A stretch of DNA of 64,000 nt from Azolla caroliniana (lineage: Eukaryota; Plantae; Polypodiophyta): NCBI GenBank assembly GCA_043228905.1, contig JBHGNT010000008.1, forward strand, positions 19,034,001 through 19,098,000. Direction: 5' to 3'. Within the stretch, counting starts at the first letter, position 1. Each line of letters begins with the position of its first letter. The notes under the pieces were generated by a model that worked only from the letters and a program-made list of their open reading frames with translations, did not search any database and had not been told where the DNA came from. Below are positions 35,966 to 47,110 of this stretch, one piece after another. The translations under genes were made by a program, and so were the position numbers.

Positions 35966-36861
35966 GGATACGAAGCTTCGAAAAGGTCGATGGAGATGTC
36001 TAGGTTAGCAGAGAGCTGCTGTCGTGTGAAGAGATGGTAAATTGGGGGAGGAAATTCCTAATGATGATGGTGGTGGTGGTGGTGATGAGGCAGATGTCAA
36101 AGAGGAAGATGAGTATGGTGAAGATGATGATGAGGACGATGGATATGGTTCGAGGGGGATATGATGGGGATGTGGAGGGTTTGAGGGGGATATGATTTAT
36201 GAGCCAAATTTACCAAACTAGCCCTATGGTAAAAAAGTCTAGGTTTAAGGGTAGTTTGGTAAATATGGCTTGTACATTTGAGTGTATATTTACTTTATAG
36301 AATGTATTTTTTTGGATATAGGGGTAGTTTGGTAAATTTAGAACTTTCAGGGGTATTCTGGTAAATAGACAAACTTCCAGGGGTATCCTGGTACTTTTCC
36401 CTTTAATTAATAATAAACGGTTCGGTTTCAATTCGGTTTGGTTTTGAAACTAGGGTTTATAGGTTTATAGGTTTTTGGGCTATCTTTTTTTATCCATTAA
36501 ATGTTAATGGTTTAATTAATGTTTTTCATTGGTTTAATTCACTTAACTTAATTGTTTATTTAATCTAATGGCTCAATTAATCTTATTTATTTATTTATTT
36601 ATTTTAATATAAATGCTTATTTAATTTTGTGTATTTTTATTTAATTAATTTTTTAATTAGCTTGGCTTAAATGTGGTTAGGTTTAAACTTTTTATTAAAT
36701 GGTTCGGTTTGGTTTTAACTTTTCCCTAAACGGTTTGGTTTAAATGGTTTAGTTTACCTTTTTCTTAAATGGTTTGGTTTAAATGTTCGAATGTTCATAA
36801 ACGGTTTGGTTTGGTTTGGTTTCATGGTACCGAAACCAAAACCGAACCGGACCCATTGCTA

Positions 36862-37105
36862 GACATGGTCATGGCTAGGGTCATGGACATGGACAGGGAA
36901 CATGGTCATGGTCATTGTTATGGAGATGGTCAATGCTAGAGTCATGGCCAGGGCCGTGGACATGGTCATGGCCAAGGTCATGGGCATGGACATGGATGGT
37001 CATGCCCACGGACATGATCAATGTCATGGTCAAGGCTTGGGTCATGGTCATGGACTTGGCTTTGGCCTTGGCCCCAATTACGTTATGGCCATGAGTCATG
37101 ACCCC
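36862..37105. repeat. (CATGGT/C)n degenerate hexamer array, continuous with 31150-31198 before the MITE insertion
   Basis: Same TCATGG/ACATGG units on both sides of the hAT MITE. Confidence 0.9.
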
Positions 37106-38440
37106 TCTTCCATAGTTGTTCAAAAACGCGTATTCTACTACGTTTAGAATACTCTAAAGTATGCTACACGTATTCTACGTTTTAGAACTCCCATTTTTCA
37201 ATTTTTCACGTGTTCTATGTAACAAGCTTTTAAAAAAATTTAAGTTTTTATTTATTTATTTATTTAAAAATAACTTTAAATTTTACAAAGTGTTTTAATG
37301 TATTTTACATGTATTCTACACATTATTCTAAGTATTTAACGTACATATTGTATTCTAAGTACTTTTTCTAAAAAAAGCTAGAATACTTAGCATACATATT
37401 CTCTATGTGTTGTATGTTAAGGGCCTCTTCCACTCTTGACTTTAATTCGCCTGAGTATTGAGGTGAAATAACACAAAAAAACAGAAGATATATCAAGATA
37501 TCGAAATGAAAACTTGGGTACATAAACAACAAAGAAAATGAATAGATTGTGTCGTATACTTGAGGTCCTAAGGAACTGGATTAGATTTACCTCGGCCTAA
37601 ATGTCCAGACTCCAAGAGTGGACCTAGAAAAGACATTGCTTTTGGGGTTTGCCAATACAATTTCTTCAAATGATTCGTAGATAATAATAAAAGTATTTCT
37701 TGAATTTTAATGAGAATATTCTCAGTTCCTACAAGAATGTTGCATTCTTCATAATCCAACTTGGAAACTGGTTGTTACACAATCATGAAAAACCATTACC
37801 TTTCTTCCCATTTTGTCCATGACACAAACATTTGCCTAAGCAACCAAAACTTCCATAGCATAACAAGTTGACATCAAATGCACTATGTAGCTAAAATGAT
37901 TATAACTCATTATAGAAGGTCATTGATATCAAGGGGGTAATGAGTCAACTCACCCTTTTGTTATTAGACTTAGGCTCATCTTATAGAATAACTGTAAAGA
38001 ATGACTCTTTACTAAATACTTTCAAAAAAGAAAATTGTTAGGGGCAAACGTTGTTGGTGGATGTTATCTTTCTTAATGCATGTGAGTTCCCTATTGGCTA
38101 TACAAAGAGGACGAGCTAACCCCCTCATTACGACAACTTTAGACATTGTTGAGAACTGTATTGGTGAGGCAAAGCTCTCATCATTCGGATTCTATTGATC
38201 AATACTTATGAGGTATAACATAATCTATTCATCACAACTTATGGTAGTCTCTTCTCCTTCGTTCAAGGGTGGTCAATGTGGTTACACACGCTTAAAACCA
38301 TTATTTTCTTAATATCATTAGTATTTGATTCGCAAAATAGCTAATGTTATGACAATTGTTTAAATGGTATCATGTCAATTTTGATTTTAAGTTTTCTTGT
38401 CAATATTTAATCAATTGTTTATCAATCATTAATTGCGGAA

Positions 38441-41400
38441 AGTTGGTAGGTGTGTGCATATGCGGAAGCGTATGAGAACCTGTTTGCTTACTTCGGTAAA
38501 CAACACAGAAAGGGAGAAAGGCAGAAACTTACACAGAAATGGGCTTTAATGGAAAGCTTTATTACGTTCTCTCTCTCTCACTCACTCAGAGACTTGATAC
38601 AATGTGTTTCATTCTCCTTTACAACGTTAGGTTATTGTTTATATACTAAGCCCTAACTATGTGGACGAGTTCACACTCAGACGGATACAAGTTGGAAGGA
38701 GTCGGCCTTTTATGTGAACAAACTCTCCCTTAAAAGGACTACTCTTTCTTGCGTATACAAATGTTTGGGGTTATCTCCCTGTAAGTCTAGATTACAAGAT
38801 TATCCTAAATTTACATTACAAGTCAGTTGGCATGTGGTCGAGTCGGCAAAGGTATAGTAAGTGTAGATATAGTTGTTCTGATTAGGTCTTACCTATTGTC
38901 CCTCATTCGGTTTTCTTCTACTCAGTCACTTGTCGTAGTCCCATCTTCGTCCTTAGAGCTCCGAAGCGTAGATCTAGATGTGGCTTCATTAGGCAATCAG
39001 CGATGTTCACCTCTGTGTCGATTTTCCGGACTTTGAGCTTCTTCTTGGTTATGAGCTCCTGGATGTGATGATACCGCACCTCAATGTGCTTCGTCTTTGC
39101 GTGGTAGACGGGATTGTTGATGAGGTGTATTGCGCTCTGTTAATCGCAATGGATGGTTGGCGATAGCCGGTTGTTTTTTCTTGTTTCCGAGAAGTCAGTA
39201 GACAATCAGTGCAACCAGATCGCTTCCTTTGTTGCTTCTGATGCCGCTATATACTCGGCTTTTGTGGTAGACAGAGTCGTGCATTCTTGAAGTTTCGACC
39301 TCCATGATATTGCACCACCACCATAGGTGAAGATGTAGCCTGATGTCAATTTCCGATTATCTGTATTTCCAGCATAGTCGGAATCGGTGTAGCCTTCAAC
39401 TTCAGTCAAGCACTGGGAGGCCGTCAAGCACATCGTTAGTTGTGTATCTTCGGTCCCTCTCAGGTACCTGAAGATGTGCTTGACGGCCTCCCAATGCTTC
39501 CGTCCTGGGTTTGACATGTATCGGCTAACCACCCCTACTGCATAGGCTAGGTCGAGTTGGGTCGCCACCATTGCGTACATGATACTTCCTACGGTCGATG
39601 CATAGGGCATCTTTCCATTAAGCTCTCCATCCTTGTCCGTTGAAGGAGAGTCTCTATCCGATAGTCGGATCGACGTCGGAAGTGGTGTTGGTGCTAGCTT
39701 CGCATTCTCCATATTGAAGCGCTTCAGCACCTTCCAGATATAGTCGAACCGAGAGAGTCAGAGAGTCTTGGTTGTTCAATTTCGCTCGATCCTCATGCCC
39801 AATATGTGTTGGGCTTGTCCAAGTTCCTTCATTGCGAACTTGTCGTGAAGGCTCCGCTTCAGTTTTCCAATCTCTACTTAATTGCTTCCTGCAATCAGCA
39901 TGTCGTCGACATATAGGATCAGATAGATCCTGGACTCGTCGGCCAGTTGTCGACCATACATACATGGGTCAGAGTCAGTTTTGGGGTATCCAAGTTGCCT
40001 GATGTAGGAATCAAACTTCTGGTACCACATCCTCGACGCTTGTTTCAAGCCATATAGGCTTTTCTTTAGTCGACATACGAGGTGACTATCGTCCCCCCTC
40101 GCCGAGAAGCCTGCCGGTTGAGACATATATATGTCTTCTTCCAGATCTCCGTGTAGAAATGTCGTCTTTACATCCAGCTGCTCTAGCTCTAGGTCTTCTG
40201 TCGCCACAACTCCTAGTAAGAGTCGAAGGGTGGTCATCTTGACTACTGGTGAGAATATCTCATCGTAGTCAACCCCGTATTCTTGTTTGAATCCCTTCGC
40301 GACGAGCCAAGCTTTGTACTTGGGTTTTTCTGATTCGGATACATATTTGTATCGGAAAACCCATTTGCAGGGTAGCGACTTCCTTCTAGCTGGTAGTTCA
40401 ACCACCTCCCATGTCTGATTCTTGTGAATCTGGTCCATTTCAGATTTCATGGCTTGTAGCCATGTGTCGGCGTCCGTTGCAGCCATAGCTTCTTCATAAG
40501 TGCTTGGTTCACCTACATCGGTGTAGTTGACATAGTCAAGGCCCGGTTGAAAAAACTCTGTTGGCCTTCGAGCTTGTCCAGATCTCCTAGGTGCCAAGAT
40601 AAGTGGTTCGGATTCTTCGATCGACTCGGTTGGGCGATCGGTATTTGTTGAACCATTTGTGTCAGGAGTCTTGTTAGGTGACCCGCCCCCAAGTTAGTAT
40701 TTCGGTGGTTTCACATTGTCCTCCCCTAAGAACTTTGTCGACTCGGTTCTGTTTCCTACTTGCATCTTGTTGACTTTGCCTGCTTTGACTCTTGTCGAAT
40801 CGGCTATGTGGTTGATGGCTTTGTCTTCGAGTTCAACTAATGGACTTCCTACCGATTTGGAGTCGGCAGGTATGTTGTCGGCTTCTTCGAGTTCAACTGT
40901 TTGTTGAATCTCTGAGTTGGCCCGATGGGTCGGTCCTTCTACGACGTCTCTGTCATCACCTTTTTACTAATTGTTTTTAGCTAGTTCCACAGAGAGAAGA
41001 TAGAGTCTTCATTGAATACTACGTCACTGCTCCGGATCAATTTCCGGTTCTCAGGGTCTCATAGCCTGTAGCCAAATTCCCCATTGGTTCCATAACCGAG
41101 AAATATGCATTTCGTTGCATGGGGTGCCAATTTTGTCCTTTTATCCCTGGGGATGAACGCTTAGGCTTCGCATTTTAATATACGGAGCCTATCGTAGGTC
41201 GGTTGTTTGCCTGACCATAGTGCATGTGGCACTTCGAGCCTAATTGCTCTTGACAGCGCTAGATTTATCAGGTATACTACCGTCTACAATGCTTCTGCCT
41301 AGAATTCCAACTTCAGTCCAGCTTGCTCAAGCATTGTCGTCACCCTTTCCTGGATCGTTCTGTTGATCTATTCTACCACTCCATTTTGCATGGGTGTGTA

Positions 41401-42930
41401 GGGAACGATTTTTTGATGTCGAATCCCTTTGTTGGACAGGTAGTGTTTGATGGCTCTGGAGGTGTACTCACCTCTATTATCGGATCTAAGTGTCTTCATT
41501 ATGTGTCCCCACCTGTTCTCCACTTCAAATATCCACCGCGTGAAGACCTCGAGCGCTTCGTCTTTGGACTTGATCGAGTAGGCCCAGACCTTCCGTGTAC
41601 AGTCATCTACAAAGGTGATGAAGTACCAAGAGACTCCTTGTGATCGCTCTGGCATGGGCCCACATATATCTGTGTGCACGAGCTCTAGGGGCTGTTGTGC
41701 CATCTCGTAGTGGAGAGTGTGTGGACTTCAGGTCTGTTTCCCATATCGACAATGCTCACAGAAGTCCATCTTTGGTTGGAGTTTCAGGATGTAGGCTACT
41801 GTCATCAACCAATCAAGTCCGGCTTGAGACATGTGACCGAGTTGGCCATGCCATAAGTTTGGGTCGGTCTTTTCAGCTAAGTTCACGGCCCCTTCTGGAT
41901 TGATCGCCATTCATGGGTACAAGTTGTTGTACTTGTGCCCGCCTCCTATCTTCAGGTTTCCTCGGCTCATCATCCATACTGACTCACTTAGAGTCGTTTT
42001 GTACCCGTCTTCGGCTACCATGCCGATGGAGACCAGACTTTAGTTTAGGTCAAGTACATGCCGAACTCGGTGCACGGTTATTGTGTTGCCATTTGGCAAT
42101 CGAATGGGAACCTCTCCGATCCCTACAATTCCGCACTCTTGCCCGTTGCTTAGACGGATTGTGTCGTTGGCGTCAACTGAATAGTCTGAAAACCATTCAA
42201 TGTTGGGGATCACATGTAATGCGGCACCGGAATCCAGTAGCCACGTGTGTGCATCCTGTGTACTGTAGAGGATTTCTCCGATCACTGAATGCTCTAAGGA
42301 GAGAACTTCTCCTGATCGGGAGTCGCCAACGTTGATTTGGCTGCCGACTAGAGAGTGGTCCGCGTCGGGTCGTCATCGATTCCGCTCAGATCGCCGACCA
42401 CTCTCTTTCCTCTTGATTGACCAACAGTCGAAAACATTGTGGCCAGCTTTTCTGCAATGTGTGCAAAATTCGCCGGATCATCCCGTTCTCGACTTCGACC
42501 GTTGTCGATCTCCCCTTTTTTTTGATCAGTTGGTATTCCGACTAGTTTTGTCAGCTTGTTCTCTCGTACGACTTTGTCAGTTGAACGACTCGGTTGAGTG
42601 ATGGGCTTCTGCCGATTCATCGATGGTCAGTCCCATCGATTTTCTCCGAATGTCCTCAGTGAGGACTTGGCTGATAGTCTGATCCAAATTTAGGATCGGT
42701 CGATTATTGGCGTGTGTCATGCAGAATACCTCCCAACTTGCCGGCAAGCTCGATAAGAGGGCAAGGGCTTTCACTTCTTCTTCGAAGTTGATCCCTTCTT
42801 AGGAGAGTTCTGACAACATCCAACTGAAGGTGTTGATGTGGGAGGTAGTCGAATCGGTTTCTCTCATCTTTATGTTGAAAAGTTGTTTGATCAAAATCAG
42901 TTTCGAAGATGAGGACTTCTTCTCGGTGTC
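38441..42930 (-). mobile_element. Ty1/Copia (Tnt1-like) element, decayed and 5'-truncated
   Basis: Minus strand: gag (KALALLSSLPASW), protease (WLLDSGAALH), integrase (LELVHTDICGP, LRSDNRGEY), RT (LVAKGFKQ, LYVDDML), RNase H (YTDSDYAG, STTKAEY), PPT AAGGGAGAG at ~38732-38724, 3' LTR ~38720-38441. Confidence 0.92.
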
Positions 42931-45205
42931 AGTTTGATGATTAGTTGCAGAAGAAGATTCATGAGGGGAGAGAGAGGGAGGGAGAGAGGGAGGGAGAAGT
43001 AAAAAACAGGGAATATGTATTTTTCCCTTTTCAAACGTGTTTGTTTTCAAACGTTGAATGCTTCCACGAACACGAATATTACGTTCTATGACTACAATGG
43101 TAGAGAGATTAAATGTTAGGTTCTCAAGAAATACCTCTTTGACACATTGGTATGGGTTTTAAATTCCATGGGTCTACTTGGAAAGAGTTTGAAAATGTCC
43201 AAAATCGCTTAATTTTGATGTTTCTTCAAATATATGGAGTTTCCCAATCTCTATGTCTCATTGTGGTCGTCATTTGAGATAATCACTGGACTTCATACCC
43301 ATCTTAACTGCACATATTTACTAGTTTCTAGATGTTCATACCAAATTCATGTTGATGGAATGTGGTTTCAGCCTCTCACAAACATGGTTGCAACACAAGA
43401 AGTTGTGCTAATAAGAGAAATAGCTGACCAAGTAAGAGGACACTATTGAAAAAAACAGATAAATGCATTCTGATCTATGAGGGAGCCGGTGTATAACGAG
43501 CAAATAAATAGAGCGGCCCATTAACATATCTTCATAAAGCCATATCGTCCAATAGGGAAGTCTTCGAAGCAATTTAAGTTTGCACATAAACTTGAAAACC
43601 AGATTTGAACTCTTGAACTCCAAATGCACGAGTTCCAAGCATAACCTAGAATATGTTCGACACATCGAATTCTTTGTAAATTCTTTGTAAAGCTGTATAT
43701 ATTCATTGCAATACCAAACTCTTCATAAACTAAAATAAGTCCAATGCACCAAAACTCTCCAAGGGTATATGTCGATGGACACAAGTATAGCTATGATAAA
43801 TGGCCACAACTGATATCGTAAGTGAAGCCGAAACTTCTTTCAATTACTGCTTGCTTTCTTTTTCCGAATCATCTCCACACTTCTCACTTCACTATTGAAG
43901 ATGACACAGAACAAGCTGATGATGCTCTAGATGGAGGCATGTTGAAACTGGCGCTTTTCTCTATCGGCATTTTAAACTTATCTTTCTTAAGTGTTCTACC
44001 TGTTTGCATTTATAAAAACCACCATTCAGAAAAGTAGAGAATTTTCCGTTTCAAGTCAGTAATGAAAACCAGCAGATAAGGACTGCATTTCACAAGTTTC
44101 ATAACATGAATTCTTTTTTTCCAGATAGACAGCCATTCCATTCTCCAAGTTCCATAGCATGACAATTATAAACCAAAAATGAAATAGCCACATGCAAATA
44201 TTTGACAGCACGAGATGCCAAATCGTCAATACATGGTGACAAAAGAGCATGTGTTTTCTTCTGTTGATACCAAACACAGATCTACGCACATTTATTATAT
44301 ATACAACATGTCTACTCAGTTTTGGGTGTCATTATCATGAATGCTGCAAAGTAGAGCATGCTCATCAATAAGGCCACACGAAACAAATTAAAAAGGCACT
44401 CGGGAGAAACTCAATACTTACCAACACAACCAAGTATACTCAGATGTATAGTCGCATTAAAAGGAAAAGAATCATTTGATTCCAATAAAGATTCGGGGTG
44501 CAACTATTGCAAATTGCAGGAAGAGAAGGGAATAGCAGTATATCATAGTGTTTGGAATCAATCTTACAGTTGCGGCGACACAATCTTACATCCCCGTGGC
44601 ACAAGACTCTATGATGACTCTACAGACTATTGGTCACCACCATTGATTTGCATTTACTCATTTGCTGCATCATTTCTCAAAAGAGAGCTTCCATTACCAT
44701 GGAAAAAAAAGGCAAAAATCTACTATAATGAATGACCTTGTGTGGATTATTCGTTGTTCATCTTCCACATAATCATGAGGAACTAGACCCTCTCTATTTT
44801 GCAGCTGGCCCCAGCCATAAACACGAGATGTGGAGACCCATGATATTGTAACAGATATACAAAAAGATAACAATGAGATTGTCTGTATCAACATTTATAC
44901 AAATGGGTAACTTAAGATCATATCTAGAGTGAAGTTATGCTGCATCAGCATCAAACCTCCTACCACATGTTGTAATAGAAGAAGCCTTACCAAGATAGAT
45001 AGGTTGAGTTCAATAGCATAGCTTTGCCAGTACTAAAATTCAACTAGATACACAACATGTGTCACAATCATAGGTGATGCATGAAAGATATCATCAAGCA
45101 CTGAACAAGACTTTTAAGGCCTGTGACTCCAAAAACCAGGACTTTACAACAAGCTGGCACGGTAATAAAACTTTATTTGAGCACCTAGAAAGGTCCATAC
45201 CTCTG

Positions 45206-46534
45206 TCATTGAGCTCCATATTCCTTCTCTTCGATGGTTTGGGCAAGTATTTGTTCAGCTCTCCTTTTCTTCTCATCTTTGTCATCGATCTTAACTTGAT
45301 TCTTCCGCGATTTCTTCCTCTCTTTTGTTCTAAGACTGAGGCTAGCTGCAGTACCTTTCTCTTTAGCCTTTCCTCCAAAGTCCCATGTCATGAGAATCGG
45401 CATTCTATCTTTAGAATCAGGAAGAAGGAATCTTCGCGACGATGACGACGATGATAACAATGGTTCGGATACTCCACCCATTTTCTCATGGACATCGTGG
45501 CGAGCGGCTTCCAAGGCGGGTGTGAAAGTGTCCAAAGCCGAAGGAAGAGCCACGGGCATTTGGGTCTTCTTTGTCTCAGTCTGATTTACAGATCCAAAGG
45601 GCAACTCTGGTACCGATATCTTGATGGTATCAGACATTACAGGTGTCGCCAAAAAGGGGTTTTCTGTAGTGACTGGACCGGGCCTTCTATTGTTTTTCGC
45701 TTTGCTCGTACCATCGAGAACCTCACTCTTCGAAGTTATGTTAGCTTCTTGCTGTTGCTGTGGAGGAAGAACAGAAGCAGTAGCCGCGGAAGCTCCGAAA
45801 GAAGGAGGAGGCATCGCTACCATCTCCGCAGAGCTTGAACCGAACGCTTTCTCTGCACTGCTATTATTGCACAGACGAAGATGGAGAGAGACTAAAGATC
45901 TCTCTGCTTTCCTTCTCTGCCGAGCTTGCTCGAGCTTATCAAGCTTTGGGTCTTTCTTCCTCTCATTCCACACAGGAGTAGACTTATATGTGTGAATATC
46001 AGGGAACGCAGGAAGCCATGGCGGGATGTGAGGTTCTGGAACCTTCTCTCCAAGCTGGGCAAAGGTGGGTGTACCTTCTCTCCTCTTACAAACAGGAAAA
46101 TGCGGCACGGGTTTACAGAAAGGTATTTCCTCACCATATTCCACATACCTGTGCAGCTCTGCAAGGGTTACAGATTTCGAGATCGCCATGGAAGCTTGGC
46201 TCTCCGTGGTTCCGCCGCCTCCGATGTCTTCCAAAGCAGAGATCACATCGATGGCGTTGCTCTGGGACCTTCCAGACAGGCTCGCGTAGAATTGGGAAGC
46301 TTTCCCGACGTCGCACAGGTATCTCGTGGCGATGTCGGCCAGGGTCTCGAGGGCGGAGAGGTGGATGGAGTGGAAGCCTGCGGATTCGCAGAGCTGGGCG
46401 ACAGCGGTCTTGGCGACAGAGCGGGGGAATTCATCGCCATCAGTGATGGGGTTGGGCGAGGCCTTGCTCTGATTAGGGCGGGGGAGATGGCGATGGCGAT
46501 GGCTCTGTTCCTCTCTGCTACTACTCATCACCAT
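45206..46534 (-). CDS. TAF8: TFIID subunit 8 (bromodomain-associated histone fold plus TAF8 C-terminal motif), 442 aa
   Basis: AKTAVAQLCESAGF...SALETLADI...RYL...SGRSQSN..DV..ALED histone fold; HIPPWLPAFPDIHTY proline motif; QRRKAERSL. Uninterrupted ORF with a GAA-rich leader. Confidence 0.93.
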   Translation of the reverse strand: MVMSSSREEQSHRHRHLPRPNQSKASPNPITDGDEFPRSVAKTAVAQLCESAGFHSIHLSALETLADIATRYLCDVGKASQFYASLSGRSQSNAIDVISALEDIGGGGTTESQASMAISKSVTLAELHRYVEYGEEIPFCKPVPHFPVCKRREGTPTFAQLGEKVPEPHIPPWLPAFPDIHTYKSTPVWNERKKDPKLDKLEQARQRRKAERSLVSLHLRLCNNSSAEKAFGSSSAEMVAMPPPSFGASAATASVLPPQQQQEANITSKSEVLDGTSKAKNNRRPGPVTTENPFLATPVMSDTIKISVPELPFGSVNQTETKKTQMPVALPSALDTFTPALEAARHDVHEKMGGVSEPLLSSSSSSRRFLLPDSKDRMPILMTWDFGGKAKEKGTAASLSLRTKERKKSRKNQVKIDDKDEKKRRAEQILAQTIEEKEYGAQ

Positions 46535-46624
46535 AGCTGCTCTGCTTCTTCTTCTTCTTCTTCGTCTGTTTCTGCGTCTTCTTTTTCTTCTTCTTCTTCT
46601 CTAGACTGTATGTATATGTAATAT

Positions 46625-46846
46625 AGTATAAAGCATACGTGCATTCGCGTAAGCAAAACACCCTCAACGAATGCTAAATACCATACTTTTGGATTAACTA
46701 TTTATTATGAGGTAAATAAGCCGAAAAAAAACATTAAAAAAATGGGAGAAAAAAAAAAACACAAGAATGTTTTAATAACATTCGCATTCGTTTTCCAACG
46801 TAGGAAAACGAATGTTATGGTAGACGAACACGAATTTTACGTACTA
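46625..46846. mobile_element. MITE-like repeat, copy 1, ~90 bp upstream of the TAF8 ATG
   Basis: Closely similar to 49861-50122. TAGTA...TACTA ends and an internal hairpin CATTCGTTTTCC-N6-GGAAAACGAATG. Confidence 0.75.
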
Positions 46847-46943
46847 ACACAAATATTGCAATTGCCCAAAATACCCTTTTCAATAATCTCCGGAAATACC
46901 CTTCTCCAAATTTCCCAAAATACCCTTCTCCAATATTTTGGCC

Positions 46944-47110
46944 GGGTTTAGGGTTTAGGGCTTGCAGTTTCGAGTTTGGGTTTAGTGTTTACTATTTAGA
47001 GATTAGGGCTTCAGGCTTAGGGCTTAGGGCTTATAGTTTATTGTTTACGGTTAATGATTTAGTGTTTAGTGTTTAGGGTTAAGGTTTACGGTTTACGGTT
47101 TACGGTTTAG
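46944..47110 (+). repeat. Degenerate interstitial telomere-like (TTTAGGG)n array
   Basis: ~24 heptamers including TTTAGGG, CTTAGGG, TTTAGTG and TTTACGG, bracketed by 25-bp direct repeats. Confidence 0.88.

Larger units (their letters stand above)
31305..36401 (+). mobile_element. Mutator-like element (MULE), 5.1 kb, full length
   Basis: ~155-bp TIRs beginning GGGAAAAGTACCAGGATACCCC, about 4 mismatches. Perfect 9-bp TSD TTTAATTAA (31296-31304, 36402-36410). Internal transposase. Confidence 0.96.
31199..36861. mobile_element. hAT-type MITE with 8-bp TSD GACATGGT, split by a nested MULE
   Basis: TIRs TAGCAATGGGCCCGGTT / AACCGGACCCATTGCTA. GACATGGT at 31191-31198 and 36862-36869. GGTTT/AACC subterminal repeats. 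Confidence 0.9.

Noticed and set aside
36881-37147. His/Asp- and Met/Val-rich ORFs resembling metal-binding peptides
   Set aside because: Translations of the CATGGN hexamer array.
43230-43790. RCVEHIL as a hAT transposase C-x2-H motif
   Set aside because: An isolated motif with no other transposase features; cannot be supported.
45390-46621. Long plus-strand ORFs overlapping TAF8
   Set aside because: Antisense shadows of a GC-rich CDS with no recognisable motifs.
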